From: a virus
Taxonomy: Duplodnaviria; Caudoviricetes
Virus record (IMG/VR): IMGVR_UViG_3300042275_000327
Location: 32,001 to 96,000 of that record
Length of the DNA stretch: 64,000 nt
Reading direction: 5' to 3' (one strand)
The notes under the pieces were generated by a model, which saw only the letters and a list, made by a program, of their open reading frames with translations, searched no databases and was not told where the DNA came from. The position numbers and the translations under genes are program-made. Below are positions 1 to 10,418 of the stretch, piece by piece (position 1 is the first letter of the stretch; the number at the start of each line of letters is the position of its first letter).

Positions 1-364
1 TTTCATTGTGCATTTCTTGCTTCTTCCTTTCTTCTTCTCTTTGTTCTGCTTCAGCTTCAAGTCTATCATCTAGATCAGTGATCTTCTTACAAATCTTTTC
101 TTCCAGATCTCTTAATTCTCTTTTTGTTGCAAAGATAAGATCATATCTAGCTTCTTGTGCTTTTATATCGGATATTGCCTTCAAATACTGATTCAAAGAA
201 TTTTTTATCTCATTTATATCTTGTGATAGTCCCAATATCTGACTCCTCATTCCATTTTGTCCATCAATCCCAATCAGAGTCACTTTCAGTGCTTGAATCT
301 CTCTACTTAAATTAGCAATTTCCTTTGACTTTTGCTTTTGATCTTCTCTAAATTCTGATTCCAT
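1..364 (-). CDS. Coiled-coil protein, runs off left edge (possible lysis/membrane-associated)
   Basis: Hand translation from ATG at 364: MESEFREDQKQK...LIGIDGQNGMRSQ...; frame open to window edge; not in the ORF track. Confidence 0.6.
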   Translation of the reverse strand, partial: MESEFREDQKQKSKEIANLSREIQALKVTLIGIDGQNGMRSQILGLSQDINEIKNSLNQYLKAISDIKAQEARYDLIFATKRELRDLEEKICKKITDLDDRLEAEAEQREEERKKQEMHNE

Positions 365-373
365 TCAACTTCT

Positions 374-628
374 CTACTTCTTATTCTTCTCTTCTGCATG
401 AGCCTGAATTCCTTTTGCGATATCCCCAATTGCCATTATTCCACCAGAGGCAGTTATCATTGAAATAGCAAGAGGAATAGCTTCCCATCTCTGATAGGCA
501 AATATCAAAAAGGAAAGCACAATTGATGATATGATTCCTAATGCTCCAAAGACAATTCCTATCATAAACCCTATTCTAAGAGCACTTGTTACATTTGGTT
601 CATATTCATACCATTTGGTCTTTTCCAT
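374..628 (-). CDS. Small two-TM membrane protein, holin-like
   Basis: Two hydrophobic helices, basic C-terminus (EEKNKK), late promoter motif directly upstream, position after tail fibre genes. Confidence 0.5.
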   Translation of the reverse strand: MEKTKWYEYEPNVTSALRIGFMIGIVFGALGIISSIVLSFLIFAYQRWEAIPLAISMITASGGIMAIGDIAKGIQAHAEEKNKK

Positions 629-640
629 AATAATATAGTT
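628..640 (-). promoter_or_regulatory. Late promoter motif copy
   Basis: Minus strand AACTATATTATTA, last base overlapping the start codon. Confidence 0.6.
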
Positions 641-645
641 CCTTT

Positions 646-1881
646 TTAATAGAAGAAGGATACACAGCCTGGACCACCGCTTCCACCTCTAGCAGCTTCT
701 CCAAGTTGTCCCCAGCCACCACCACCACCTCCACCAAAGAAACCAGACCAACCAGAATTACCTTGGTTTGGAGATCCTGCACCACCTTTTCCTCTAGAAT
801 AACCACCACCCCCACCAGCATACTCTGTATCAGTTCTAGCTGGTCCTGGTTGACATCCCTCTATGTAGCCAACTAGTCTTTCTCCTTCAATATATACTGA
901 AGTATCAAATGATAATGTTGGAGCTGTGTGTTTGCTTTCTGAGCCCTGTCCTCCCTGAAAGCTAAAAATTGAATTTGCTATCGTTGCACTATCAAGTGAA
1001 TATGGGTCTGTTGGATCATCATAACCACTGCCTCCTCTTCCTTTTGGAGCAGTGACCATTATACTACCATTAGGATAATAGACATATGAGTTAGTCCCAT
1101 CACTTCCTTTATTATTAGGTCTATTTTCCCATCCTGTCCAATCTCCATATGATCCACCATTATGAATTGAAAAACAATAGTCAGTAGAAGTACTTCTTAC
1201 AGAATAGTTAGATCTATATGGTCCTATAGGAATTCTAACAAGACAGTGCCCAGCTCCTGATCCACCTGAACCACCATAGCTATATCTACTAGAGACCCAT
1301 GCTATTGTTGTGTAGACACCTCCAGCTCCACCACCTCCTCCACCAGTTATCTCAGCATAAATATATTTTGGAATTCCACAATAAGACAAGGGAACTCCAA
1401 AATAATAATCTTGATTTCTAGTTCCAGAATTGGTAATAGATGTTGGAGCAAACGCATCTAGATATTGATTGCTCATAGGATCATTTATATTGATTCTCTC
1501 TATTAGTGAATAATTTGAATCTCTACTATAAGATTGGAAAATATAAAGATCTGTATCTGTTCTTGATAGATAATAAAATTTTCTTTGGGAAGATCCCACA
1601 TATGTTCTACTAAAGTTCAAATAATATCTTCCAAATCTTGGTCTACAGCCTTTAGCTAATAGAGGAGGAATAGAACCAAGATCAGAATTGAGATAAGAAT
1701 TAATATTGACTCCTGTTCCAGGAAAGCTTCCTTGAGATGGTATATTAGATACTGGAAAGTCTTTTCCTGTATTTTTGAATCCATAAGAAGCTAAAGGAGC
1801 AACAGGATCTGTAGCTGGATCTCTTGAATATTCTACTAGATCTGCTAAGTCCTGTCCATTAATCTCGTAACCAGTCTTCAT
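646..1881 (-). CDS. Glycine-rich tail fibre tip adhesin (gp38-like)
   Basis: Multiple poly-Gly motifs separated by variable loops; directly downstream of an S74-containing fibre. Confidence 0.6.
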   Translation of the reverse strand: MKTGYEINGQDLADLVEYSRDPATDPVAPLASYGFKNTGKDFPVSNIPSQGSFPGTGVNINSYLNSDLGSIPPLLAKGCRPRFGRYYLNFSRTYVGSSQRKFYYLSRTDTDLYIFQSYSRDSNYSLIERININDPMSNQYLDAFAPTSITNSGTRNQDYYFGVPLSYCGIPKYIYAEITGGGGGGAGGVYTTIAWVSSRYSYGGSGGSGAGHCLVRIPIGPYRSNYSVRSTSTDYCFSIHNGGSYGDWTGWENRPNNKGSDGTNSYVYYPNGSIMVTAPKGRGGSGYDDPTDPYSLDSATIANSIFSFQGGQGSESKHTAPTLSFDTSVYIEGERLVGYIEGCQPGPARTDTEYAGGGGGYSRGKGGAGSPNQGNSGWSGFFGGGGGGGWGQLGEAARGGSGGPGCVSFFY

Positions 1882-3980
1882 TATATTCTCTCCGATTCTA
1901 ATTTCTCTATCTTAGCTGTCAGTTCTTGAACTGCTTTGAGAAGAACACCACAGACATCTGAAAGAGCCATTGTGTTGCTGTCTTTTCCGGTCATAATTTC
2001 AGGTGTATCTTCAGCAATAAATCCTATATGCATATAAGAATCAGGGTCATCTATATAAGAGTATCTAACAATTTTTGTATTCTTTACAATTTCCAGAGCA
2101 TTCTCTTCAGCTTCAGAGATATTCTCTTTCACTTTTCTAGAAGAAGAAGCATTAAAAGAAGGAGCAGTCACTTCTGAAGTGAATGTTTTTGCTCCTCCTA
2201 TAGACTCTGTCCCAGATCTGTGAACTAGATTGCTAGAAGATCCATCGATAAAAGATTTGTTGACTGCAGAAGAACTTGATGCAGGAGTGGTTGGAACACT
2301 AGGAGAATTACTGAAAGTCTTAGTTCCAGAAAGAGACTCATCTCCTGTTCTGTGGAGAACATTACTAGAAGATCCATCCAGATAGGCTTTGTTAATAGCA
2401 GATCCATTTCCTGCTGGTGTAAGAGGAACACTTGGAGAAACACTGAAGGTTTTTGTTCCAGAAATAGTTTCAGTTCCATCCTTATGGACAACACTATTAG
2501 CAGTATCATCTAAATAAGACTTGTTGATCGCTGAGGATGCTCCAGCAGGAGTAGTTGGAATACTAGGAGAAGCACTGAAAGTTTTTGTTCCCTCAATAGT
2601 CTGATTTCCTGTAAGTTTCACTCCTGTACTGTCATAGAATTTCTTAGAAACTACTTCAGAATCTAGAGTAGGATCTGTCACAGGAACTTTTGGAAGAGAA
2701 CTAAAAGTCTTCACATCTGCTATTGTCTGATCCCCAGTAAGTTTTACTCCTGTATCATCATAGAACTTCTTGGATACTACTTCAGAATCCAAAGTTGGGT
2801 TTGTAATTGGAACTCTAGGAAGAGAACCAAATGTCTTTACTCCAGAAACAGACTGGTCTGTTGTGAGCTTGATAGTATTGTCATCATAAAATTTCTTAGC
2901 TACAGCATGAGAAGGATCTGTTGGAGTCAGAGGAGTTCCACCTGAAGACGAAAGCTTAGGAAGAATATTAAAAGTCTTTTCCCCTGTAACAGTCTGTGAT
3001 CCTGCCTTATAGACGACATCTTCTTCTAGAGAAGTTGCTCTGTTTTCAATAGCAACAGCCTTTTCCCAGAGTTCTCTGATAGCCATGTCTAGAGTAATCA
3101 GTCCATCAGCATTTTTAGCAAAAACCTCAGAAGTTCCAGCATCTTTTACAAGAATAGTGGAAGACTTGATTTCTCCTCTTTCTGCTGATCTACAGCTATA
3201 GATATCATCTCCTTTGATATCTGTTCTTCCTGCTCCTCTCTTTATGATAGCAAGAACTTTTCTTCCATAAAAAGGCTTTGTTGTAGGACTGGCAGATTCA
3301 ACACCTTCTTGAACTCTGAGTATTCCAGAATTATCTAAATATAGATAATCCCATCTTCCAAAAGAAGAAGTATCTGATATTATAGGAGAATATTGTCCTA
3401 CAAGTTCTACAAGGCCAGAGTCTGTAAGAACCTTTCCACCTTCTACATAAACTTTTTTCTCATTTCCTGTTCCTACAGGAGTTCTTACAACAAGGAGAGG
3501 AAGTAAATGGTCTGACTGAGGATTAGCAAAAGCTCTGTCTGCTCTTGTATAGTCAAAAGAGTTTGTTGAAGCAATTGTTGTTCCATCAAAGACAATTTTT
3601 CCAAGAATGAGATCTTTTTCATGTCTCTCTGTTATAGCTTCTCCAAGAGACTCTGTAACTTGAATGAACTCCATATAGTTTTCAGAATCTTCTGCCCAAA
3701 CATATCTAACAACAATAAGAGGTCTGTCTATATCTTCTGCAATACTTATGACAACAGGATCTAATGTTCTGATTCTCACAGCAATATCAGAATTTACTGT
3801 AGCATCTTCTATAATTACAGAGAGTGGATCAATAGAAATAGATGTTCCTGTCACTCTATTGAAGACTCCTCCCTCATAAATTCCTGGAGGAAGTGTCTTA
3901 GAGAATATTCTATTGAACTGAGCTGATTCAAGAGGTTGTCTGTAATGAAAAACTCTTTGTTGTCTACCAATGTCTGCCAT
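1881..3980 (-). CDS. Long tail fibre with tandem repeats and C-terminal peptidase S74 intramolecular chaperone
   Basis: Seven G-x-Q/E-T-I-x-G-x-K-T-F repeats; SSRKVKENI...HIGFIAED plus terminal coiled coil. Confidence 0.85.
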   Translation of the reverse strand: MADIGRQQRVFHYRQPLESAQFNRIFSKTLPPGIYEGGVFNRVTGTSISIDPLSVIIEDATVNSDIAVRIRTLDPVVISIAEDIDRPLIVVRYVWAEDSENYMEFIQVTESLGEAITERHEKDLILGKIVFDGTTIASTNSFDYTRADRAFANPQSDHLLPLLVVRTPVGTGNEKKVYVEGGKVLTDSGLVELVGQYSPIISDTSSFGRWDYLYLDNSGILRVQEGVESASPTTKPFYGRKVLAIIKRGAGRTDIKGDDIYSCRSAERGEIKSSTILVKDAGTSEVFAKNADGLITLDMAIRELWEKAVAIENRATSLEEDVVYKAGSQTVTGEKTFNILPKLSSSGGTPLTPTDPSHAVAKKFYDDNTIKLTTDQSVSGVKTFGSLPRVPITNPTLDSEVVSKKFYDDTGVKLTGDQTIADVKTFSSLPKVPVTDPTLDSEVVSKKFYDSTGVKLTGNQTIEGTKTFSASPSIPTTPAGASSAINKSYLDDTANSVVHKDGTETISGTKTFSVSPSVPLTPAGNGSAINKAYLDGSSSNVLHRTGDESLSGTKTFSNSPSVPTTPASSSSAVNKSFIDGSSSNLVHRSGTESIGGAKTFTSEVTAPSFNASSSRKVKENISEAEENALEIVKNTKIVRYSYIDDPDSYMHIGFIAEDTPEIMTGKDSNTMALSDVCGVLLKAVQELTAKIEKLESERI
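2160..3015 (-). repeat. Seven ~41-48 aa tail fibre shaft repeats
   Basis: e.g. TGVKLTGDQTIADVKTFSSLPKVP and TGVKLTGNQTIEGTKTFSASPSIP; DNA-level similarity between ~2620-2680 and ~2745-2800. Confidence 0.85.
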
Positions 3981-3999
3981 CTTTTTAATTCCTTCTATT

Positions 4000-4012
4000 T
4001 ATAAAAATAGTT
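4000..4012 (-). promoter_or_regulatory. Late promoter motif copy (variant)
   Basis: Minus strand AACTATTTTTATA upstream of RBS and tail fibre ATG. Confidence 0.55.
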
Positions 4013-4015
4013 CTT

Positions 4016-5914
4016 TTATCTTTCAAAAATTACTCCTAGATTCAGATGATAATAGTTATACGCAAATTCTATTGCAGGAAATGTCATATAGCATAGCAGC
4101 TGATCTACTGTAGGATTTAGAGCAGTTCTTACAAAGAGCCCTGCTTCTGTTATCTGCACTGGATTTTCTGTATAGACTTCATGTAAATATAATTTATGTC
4201 CTGCTCCAAAAGAGGTGGAATAGTTATATCTATAAATCTCTATAGAGTCCACTTGTTCTATTGATTCAGTGAATATAATTGAGACAGTTGGAGTGACATC
4301 ATATGCAATTGTTCCTGATACAAATTTATCGTAGTCAGACACAAGATTTCCAGCTCCATCGTCAGTGACATAGTGAATCTCTTCTCCATCTCCTGGAATA
4401 GGAATCTTAATGACTAGATTGTAGGAGCCAGGAATGATCTCTTCTAAGAAAGAAGCTGTATAAGTATCTCCTGTATTAGAGACAGTCTCTCTATATTCTT
4501 TTTCAAATGATGTCTCAAAACTGATCTTTCCAGTAGTATAGTCAACTGTTCCAGTACAATAATCACTTTCTAGAACTCCATATCCATTATCTGTTATTTT
4601 CATCATTGTGCTGAAAGGATCAGGATTAGAAAAATCTACAAAAGCCATCTTGAGAGTATTTGGTTTGAGAGGAGCAGCAGAAGCTAGTAGAGGAAGATCA
4701 GTATATCCAAACCCTAGTACAAGATCACTGAATATGATTCCTCCTACAGACTGTCCAATATACTCTCCAATTGCTCCCATATAGGAAGCTGACTCATATC
4801 TTTCTTCAGGATAGGGTTGTTTCCATTGAATAGGATAGCTGAGCTCTGTAGGATATGTTGGAGTGACATCACTGTATTCTGGTATTTCTTGAGTTCCTAT
4901 TCCAAATTGTATATAGGAAATTTGATTATATGAAACAATTCCTTCAGCTAGAACATTTGGATTCATCACAGCTTTAGCATTCAATTCTCCAAGACTAGAA
5001 GTCAAGAAGTTAGAAAAACCTGTTTTGTCAATAAAGAAAGTTAATTGAATTCCAATATGAGGAACTTCTGATGCTTTCTTATTATAATAAAATCCAGAAA
5101 ATAGATAAGCTGCAGAGTCTGCTGTATAAAGGTAGGAATTAAGAGTTCCAGTAGAATCATATCTGAAAAAAGTCTGATCTGCAATCATTTCAAATGAGAT
5201 ATGCTTTGTAGGATTTTTCAATTCTACTAAAGAAGCATCTAAAACAAGATTATCATCTAGAAGATATTCTTCCTCAGAATCAAGAGTAAACTCTTCTTTT
5301 GTTCTTCCGATGAAATCTCCTGTTACATCTTGTCTGTAGAAAGAAGAATATGGTCTATCAAATCCAAGTAGATAAGAAGAATCCTCCAATGTTGAATCTT
5401 CGTCATCAATAAAGTTGTAAGTCTCAAAGGAATCTTCTAGTCCTGTTAAAATATTTGGAACAAGATCTCTGATAATGACTTTATTTCCTGTAAAAATATC
5501 AGAATTTGTTGTTGTCTGGTAGACAGAAATTCTATTTGTAAAAGACAAATTCAGAAAGTTGAAAAAAGACTTATATACCTGATAGAGAGCTTTGTTCTTT
5601 ACTTGGAATGGAATCTTCAATAGTTCTTGTCTCAAGAACTCAGTCACTTGTTCTGTAGAAAGACCGTATGCTGTAGTAAGGAGATTTTCTATCACAGACA
5701 GGAAGTTATAATCTAATTCATAAACAAGATCTCCTAGCTCTTTCAATCTCTCCAAGTCAGTTACAGAAGTGGAGAACAGAGTTTTCTTCTTGTCTATTTC
5801 TGTTCTCATAGTCAGAATTTCTTCCTCGACTGTATCCATAAGAGCAACCCAGAAATCATTTCTGAGTGAAGCAGGTATTTTCTTCTGTAGTGATAGACTT
5901 GTTACTTCTGACAT
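4016..5914 (-). CDS. Baseplate wedge / fibre attachment protein (gp7-like)
   Basis: Follows gp6-like gene; C-terminal ITEAGLF motif; two TDDGAG/TDNGYG...GT(I/V)xY domains. Confidence 0.6.
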   Translation of the reverse strand: MSEVTSLSLQKKIPASLRNDFWVALMDTVEEEILTMRTEIDKKKTLFSTSVTDLERLKELGDLVYELDYNFLSVIENLLTTAYGLSTEQVTEFLRQELLKIPFQVKNKALYQVYKSFFNFLNLSFTNRISVYQTTTNSDIFTGNKVIIRDLVPNILTGLEDSFETYNFIDDEDSTLEDSSYLLGFDRPYSSFYRQDVTGDFIGRTKEEFTLDSEEEYLLDDNLVLDASLVELKNPTKHISFEMIADQTFFRYDSTGTLNSYLYTADSAAYLFSGFYYNKKASEVPHIGIQLTFFIDKTGFSNFLTSSLGELNAKAVMNPNVLAEGIVSYNQISYIQFGIGTQEIPEYSDVTPTYPTELSYPIQWKQPYPEERYESASYMGAIGEYIGQSVGGIIFSDLVLGFGYTDLPLLASAAPLKPNTLKMAFVDFSNPDPFSTMMKITDNGYGVLESDYCTGTVDYTTGKISFETSFEKEYRETVSNTGDTYTASFLEEIIPGSYNLVIKIPIPGDGEEIHYVTDDGAGNLVSDYDKFVSGTIAYDVTPTVSIIFTESIEQVDSIEIYRYNYSTSFGAGHKLYLHEVYTENPVQITEAGLFVRTALNPTVDQLLCYMTFPAIEFAYNYYHLNLGVIFER

Positions 5915-5921
5915 AGGCTTC

Positions 5922-7796
5922 TTATGTTAATCCTTGTGTATCTATATTTACTTCATTGATTCCAAATATCTGATTTCTTCCTTTTGGAATGATATCTACC
6001 TGAGTGGTTCCTACTTGGAACTCAAATTTCAACTGAAGATTATCATGCCAATCTGCTGGGATTCCTTTTCCTACTGAGACACCTTCTAGAATTGCTGTAT
6101 TGTAGTTGAAAACATCTGTAGGAACAATAGGAGCAATCTCAAATGTATCTCCAAAATTAGGAATTCCATCATAAGGAGGAATATCTTCAGAGATGAAGGT
6201 TCCTGCTCCATCATCTGTAGCTATATGGAACCAGCCACCAGTAGTCTCATTCTGATACGAATATGGATGATCTGTTGGAAGAGTATCATCAACATTTCTT
6301 ATATAGATCTTCAATGACTCTGATCTTATACTAGAATGTCCAAGATCAATATCAAAATAGTAAGTCAATCCAGAGGTATCTTCAAAATTACTGATCTGGA
6401 ACAGAATAATGTCAGTTACATGATAAGAAACTGATGGAATAGAATTGATGAAAGAATAATACTGGGAGAAATATAGATTCTCCTTGAATTCTCTACTTAC
6501 ATTTGAGATCTTATATTCTTCTAAAAGATCTTCAGATACTCTGTTTCTTACAAAGTCTGCAGTGAAGACTGTCTTGTCAAAATAGACTGTAGTGTTCACA
6601 TCAAAATAAGTTATCTTTGGACTGACAAACTGAATAATATCTGTAAGACATTTTCTTGGGAGAAGAGCTTCTTGTATAGCATCCTGCTGATCTTCATCAA
6701 TAGGAGTAGCTTCTCCTGTAATATCAGAGATGACAAGTCCAGAGACATAAATCAGATTCTCATTCAACTCAATGAAATTTCCAATAGGATCATTGTTGTC
6801 AATATTAGTTTCTGCTTCTCCCCAGACAGACACTTTGTCAGGAATGTTTGTATTGATAATTGCAGCAGTATAGTCTTGTTTTGTGACTAGTGTATTTCCT
6901 GTCTTGAAAGCAAGAGGAGCAGACTGTCTTATAGTCTCAATATCTTCTATTTCTCTTCCTCCTGTCACATAACTTCTATTAGTACAATAGAGACTGACTG
7001 CAGTCCCATTGACATCTCTGAAGGAAGAAATCACTTGAGTAATGTTGTTTGTTCTAAGAACTTCTCCTAATTCACCAGCAGTCTCAATGAAAGTAACAGA
7101 AATGATATCTCCAGAAGTGATCTTCTTAGATGTCAGACCATCTCCAAATGAGATTGTAATACCAGAGAAATCTAGATTATTTTTTATTGTATAGATAAGA
7201 TCATCTTTTCCAGAAGACTCCCCAAAGTGGTCTACCTTATTCCATACAACATTGTTGACTCTGACTTCTAGTATCTCATCTTCTACACTGTCATTCTCAA
7301 TATAAACTGAATGATTTGTCAGCTCAATATCTGTATAAGTAGAAGTAAGAAATTCTTCTGTTCTTACAAGTCCTTGGACAATTGGAACAAGAGTCTCATT
7401 ATTAGAAGAGAATAGACTTGCTTCTTCATAGGAAGCAAAATAGTATTCTCCATTGTAGAATTGAGAAAACTTAGGAATGTTCACCTGATATGGCCAAGAT
7501 CCATTGAATGACGGAGAAGAAGAAACTGAAAGATTCCCCTTAGCTCCGATCTTTCTGTGAGGAGTGTATCCAAAAAAGTCTGACTGAGCAATCAGAGAAG
7601 ATAAATTCTGGGCAGTAGACCACTTTGCCTCATTTGTAAGATACTCATTATATCTCATTTCTTCTGACAACTCTTCTGCTATAGCTTCAATGAGTCTTTG
7701 GTTTGTTGAATAGAATAAGATACCACTATTTTCCAATCTCTTTGAAAGATTGTCTTTCAGTCTATCTCGTATTGCTTCAAAGGTGAATTCAATCAT
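5922..7796 (-). CDS. Baseplate wedge protein (gp6 / baseplate J-like)
   Basis: GYTPHRK, ISFGDG, GGREIEDIETIRQSAP, LVTKQDY motifs. Confidence 0.85.
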   Translation of the reverse strand: MIEFTFEAIRDRLKDNLSKRLENSGILFYSTNQRLIEAIAEELSEEMRYNEYLTNEAKWSTAQNLSSLIAQSDFFGYTPHRKIGAKGNLSVSSSPSFNGSWPYQVNIPKFSQFYNGEYYFASYEEASLFSSNNETLVPIVQGLVRTEEFLTSTYTDIELTNHSVYIENDSVEDEILEVRVNNVVWNKVDHFGESSGKDDLIYTIKNNLDFSGITISFGDGLTSKKITSGDIISVTFIETAGELGEVLRTNNITQVISSFRDVNGTAVSLYCTNRSYVTGGREIEDIETIRQSAPLAFKTGNTLVTKQDYTAAIINTNIPDKVSVWGEAETNIDNNDPIGNFIELNENLIYVSGLVISDITGEATPIDEDQQDAIQEALLPRKCLTDIIQFVSPKITYFDVNTTVYFDKTVFTADFVRNRVSEDLLEEYKISNVSREFKENLYFSQYYSFINSIPSVSYHVTDIILFQISNFEDTSGLTYYFDIDLGHSSIRSESLKIYIRNVDDTLPTDHPYSYQNETTGGWFHIATDDGAGTFISEDIPPYDGIPNFGDTFEIAPIVPTDVFNYNTAILEGVSVGKGIPADWHDNLQLKFEFQVGTTQVDIIPKGRNQIFGINEVNIDTQGLT

Positions 7797-8188
7797 CTCA
7801 ATCTCCTGATGTTTTCAATCATATTGATACTCTCTCTAAATTCTGGACTATAAGCTTCAATATGAATTTCCCAGTATTCTCTTTCATAATTAGGAATCAC
7901 TTCAATCAGATTTGGAATAAGAACAGGATAGAACTCATCAACGAATCCATCTAAGATTGCTCTTTTGATAGCTAATGATGTTTCTTCTGATATAGGCTTC
8001 ATGAGCCATCTTGTAATATATCCACCTCTATCAGGATCTCTGATGATTTCTCCTTTGAAAGAAGATATCCACTGTCTTAAAGCATTAGTGATTGCTTCTC
8101 TTCCTTCAAGGATCTTAAGAGCTCCAGTAGTCTCGAGTTCTGCATCAATAGAGTAGTCTTTGTAGAGTGTCTGATTGGTTGTTTTCAT
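7793..8188 (-). CDS. Baseplate gp25-like protein
   Basis: AITNALRQWISSFKGE...PDRGG; size and position before gp6. Confidence 0.8.
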   Translation of the reverse strand: MKTTNQTLYKDYSIDAELETTGALKILEGREAITNALRQWISSFKGEIIRDPDRGGYITRWLMKPISEETSLAIKRAILDGFVDEFYPVLIPNLIEVIPNYEREYWEIHIEAYSPEFRESINMIENIRRLR

Positions 8189-8196
8189 AGTATTCT

Positions 8197-8209
8197 AATA
8201 ATAATAGTT
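8197..8209 (-). promoter_or_regulatory. Late promoter motif copy (variant)
   Basis: Minus strand AACTATTATTATT upstream of gp25-like ATG. Confidence 0.55.
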
Positions 8210-8210
8210 T

Positions 8211-9776
8211 CTAAGAAGCAAAAATTCCATTTGCTCTATGTAGAATACCATTTGCTGTCACTTCTCTATTCACTGTTATAGAAGAAGAAGTTCTAGAAAT
8301 GACTAGAAAAATTCCTTCAGTAGGAATATAGATATATTGTCCTGATGAAAGTTCATGCTCTCCTAGTGTGAGAACAAAACCAGTCAGATCTTTAGTGTAT
8401 GAATAAGAAGCAGTCTCATAGGCTAAAGACTGATCTGAGCCACTATCATATATATCAATGGAGCTCATGTCTTGAATCTTTACTCTATAGCTATATAGTT
8501 TATTAACTTCTATAGAAGATTCATCCTGGAAGCTCAGAGTGACCTCTGGGAGGTCAATAGAACTTACTTCATACTCTGCTCCATATGCATCATTAGATAA
8601 GTCAGAAGTTGAAAGAATTTCTTTTCTATAAATGATAATTCTACTAAAGCAAGGAAGAGAATTTACTAAAATGATAATTCTGTTCTCTTCGTCTCTGAAT
8701 ACTGCAGAAATAGAAGGAGTAGGAAGAAACTTTTCATAGTCTGATTCAAAGAGGATCTCTAGTTGTTTTTTCTTTTTTGCTAAAGAGGTGATTGTGTTAG
8801 ATAAAGCAATAGATAGCCCTTGAACTGAAACAAGTGTAGATTGAGGTTTTCCCAACATCAATTGAATCCAGAAATAATACTGCTTTCTTATTCCAGTCGT
8901 TAGATCTCCATTGAAGCTCTCCATCAAAAAAGAAACTCTTTCTAACAAACTTGTTTTTATTTCCTCCAACTTAGTTTCTATCGAACTTGGACTTCCCTCA
9001 AATCCTAGAAGTCCATCAAAGGTTGTTCTATTATAAGTGCCTTGAAGTGTATTCAGAAATGACTGAAGATCTGCTTCAAATCCTGAAATTGTTATCCCAT
9101 AGCCTTCTAGTCCTACTGGTAAATCTAGATAGCTATCTGGATTTGTCAGAAAAGGATTGCTGCTAGAAGAAATATAAATTGATTCTAGCTTATCTGTATA
9201 GAAAGATGCAAGATTATTTAAAGCATCTATAAGATCTGTTATCAAAATTTCTAGTGTAGAATCATAAGAGTCTCTATGAGTATAATGTCCTTCTGTATCT
9301 TTGTCTTCTCTTGCTGCTCTTATTTCAACAACTTTTGCAACAACTAAACCAGCAGGTATACCAATAGAAGAGTTATCATAGTCACTAGTAGAAGACATCC
9401 CATTGTTTGAGAGCCATCTAGAGGACTCATTGAATTCTTGATCAGATATAGAAGCATAAAATCCATCGCCATTTGGAGAGGAAAGATCATCTATCATCTT
9501 ATTCATAAGAGAGGTAGAATAAGCATTTTGTGACAATACTAAATTAGGAGAGGAGAAAGATCTATTGTCAATAAAATTAATTTCTTTTGCCATTAGAGCA
9601 AGAATATCCAATATTGCATATTCATCAGGATTTACAGCTGACCTAGTAAGATATTGATAGATAAAATCCCTTTCTTCTTCAGCAATGACTTTATTCTGTT
9701 CAATAGTTATTTTTCCTGATAAAGAAAGAGCTCTCTCTTCTACTAGTGAGTCTATTTTTTCTTGTATCGAAATCAT
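8211..9776 (-). CDS. Virion structural protein, helical N-terminus, possible FN3-like C-terminal domain
   Basis: Long ORF in baseplate block; IIIYRK...FQD...YSYRVK pattern. Confidence 0.45.
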   Translation of the reverse strand: MISIQEKIDSLVEERALSLSGKITIEQNKVIAEEERDFIYQYLTRSAVNPDEYAILDILALMAKEINFIDNRSFSSPNLVLSQNAYSTSLMNKMIDDLSSPNGDGFYASISDQEFNESSRWLSNNGMSSTSDYDNSSIGIPAGLVVAKVVEIRAAREDKDTEGHYTHRDSYDSTLEILITDLIDALNNLASFYTDKLESIYISSSSNPFLTNPDSYLDLPVGLEGYGITISGFEADLQSFLNTLQGTYNRTTFDGLLGFEGSPSSIETKLEEIKTSLLERVSFLMESFNGDLTTGIRKQYYFWIQLMLGKPQSTLVSVQGLSIALSNTITSLAKKKKQLEILFESDYEKFLPTPSISAVFRDEENRIIILVNSLPCFSRIIIYRKEILSTSDLSNDAYGAEYEVSSIDLPEVTLSFQDESSIEVNKLYSYRVKIQDMSSIDIYDSGSDQSLAYETASYSYTKDLTGFVLTLGEHELSSGQYIYIPTEGIFLVISRTSSSITVNREVTANGILHRANGIFAS

Positions 9777-10201
9777 ATCACTCCTCCACTTGTATAATAA
9801 GTAACAACAGCTTGAGCAAGAATACTAGCTGCCATCTGTATTTGTGCACCTTGTCTCATTGATAGAGCAGATTCTATTTGCTGTCCTAGAAGACTTAATC
9901 CTACAGGAGGTGCTGTGGGTGCAATTAGAGATACTCCATTAGCAATCAGTCTAGAAGTTATTGAAATTTGAGTTCCTTGCCTCATTGACAATGCCTGTTG
10001 AATCATAGATATTCCTGCAGATGTGCCTGTTGGAATTAATGGGACTGGAGTAGGAATAACAGGAAATAATCCCATTGGTGCAACTGATGCTACAGCTGAG
10101 GAAATCATAGATGCAGTTATCTGAGTCTGAGCTCCTTGCTTCATAGACAAAGCAGAAATAAACTGACTTTGTAAAATTGAAAGTCCAGCTGCTATTGGCA
10201 T
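9773..10201 (-). CDS. Hydrophobic protein with three internal repeats
   Basis: Three ALSM(K/R)QG(A/T)Q repeats; overlaps neighbours. Confidence 0.65.
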   Translation of the reverse strand: MPIAAGLSILQSQFISALSMKQGAQTQITASMISSAVASVAPMGLFPVIPTPVPLIPTGTSAGISMIQQALSMRQGTQISITSRLIANGVSLIAPTAPPVGLSLLGQQIESALSMRQGAQIQMAASILAQAVVTYYTSGGVI

Positions 10202-10407
10202 ATTTTCTTCATCAGATTAGAAATCTTTTCTATACAATAAGAAGCAGATTTCCTACTCTTCAATATCAGAGAGGTCTCGTGGACAAAATATTCTAATATA
10301 TTCAGTCTCTCTTCTTTCCTTTCTTTGTCTGTGGTGATAGAAAGAAATTGATTTGCTAAGTCTTGTCTTCCTGTTGATACTAGCTGTTTATAAATCTCAT
10401 TTTCCAT
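10192..10407 (-). CDS. Hypothetical protein
   Basis: Fits operon, AAGGA RBS. Confidence 0.55.
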   Translation of the reverse strand: MENEIYKQLVSTGRQDLANQFLSITTDKERKEERLNILEYFVHETSLILKSRKSASYCIEKISNLMKKICQ

Positions 10408-10418
10408 ATAATGATTCC

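Noticed and set aside
2160-3015. Tandem repeats as a CRISPR array or invertible cassette
   Set aside because: Repeats are degenerate, in frame and protein-coding, with no identical short repeats, spacers or recombinase nearby
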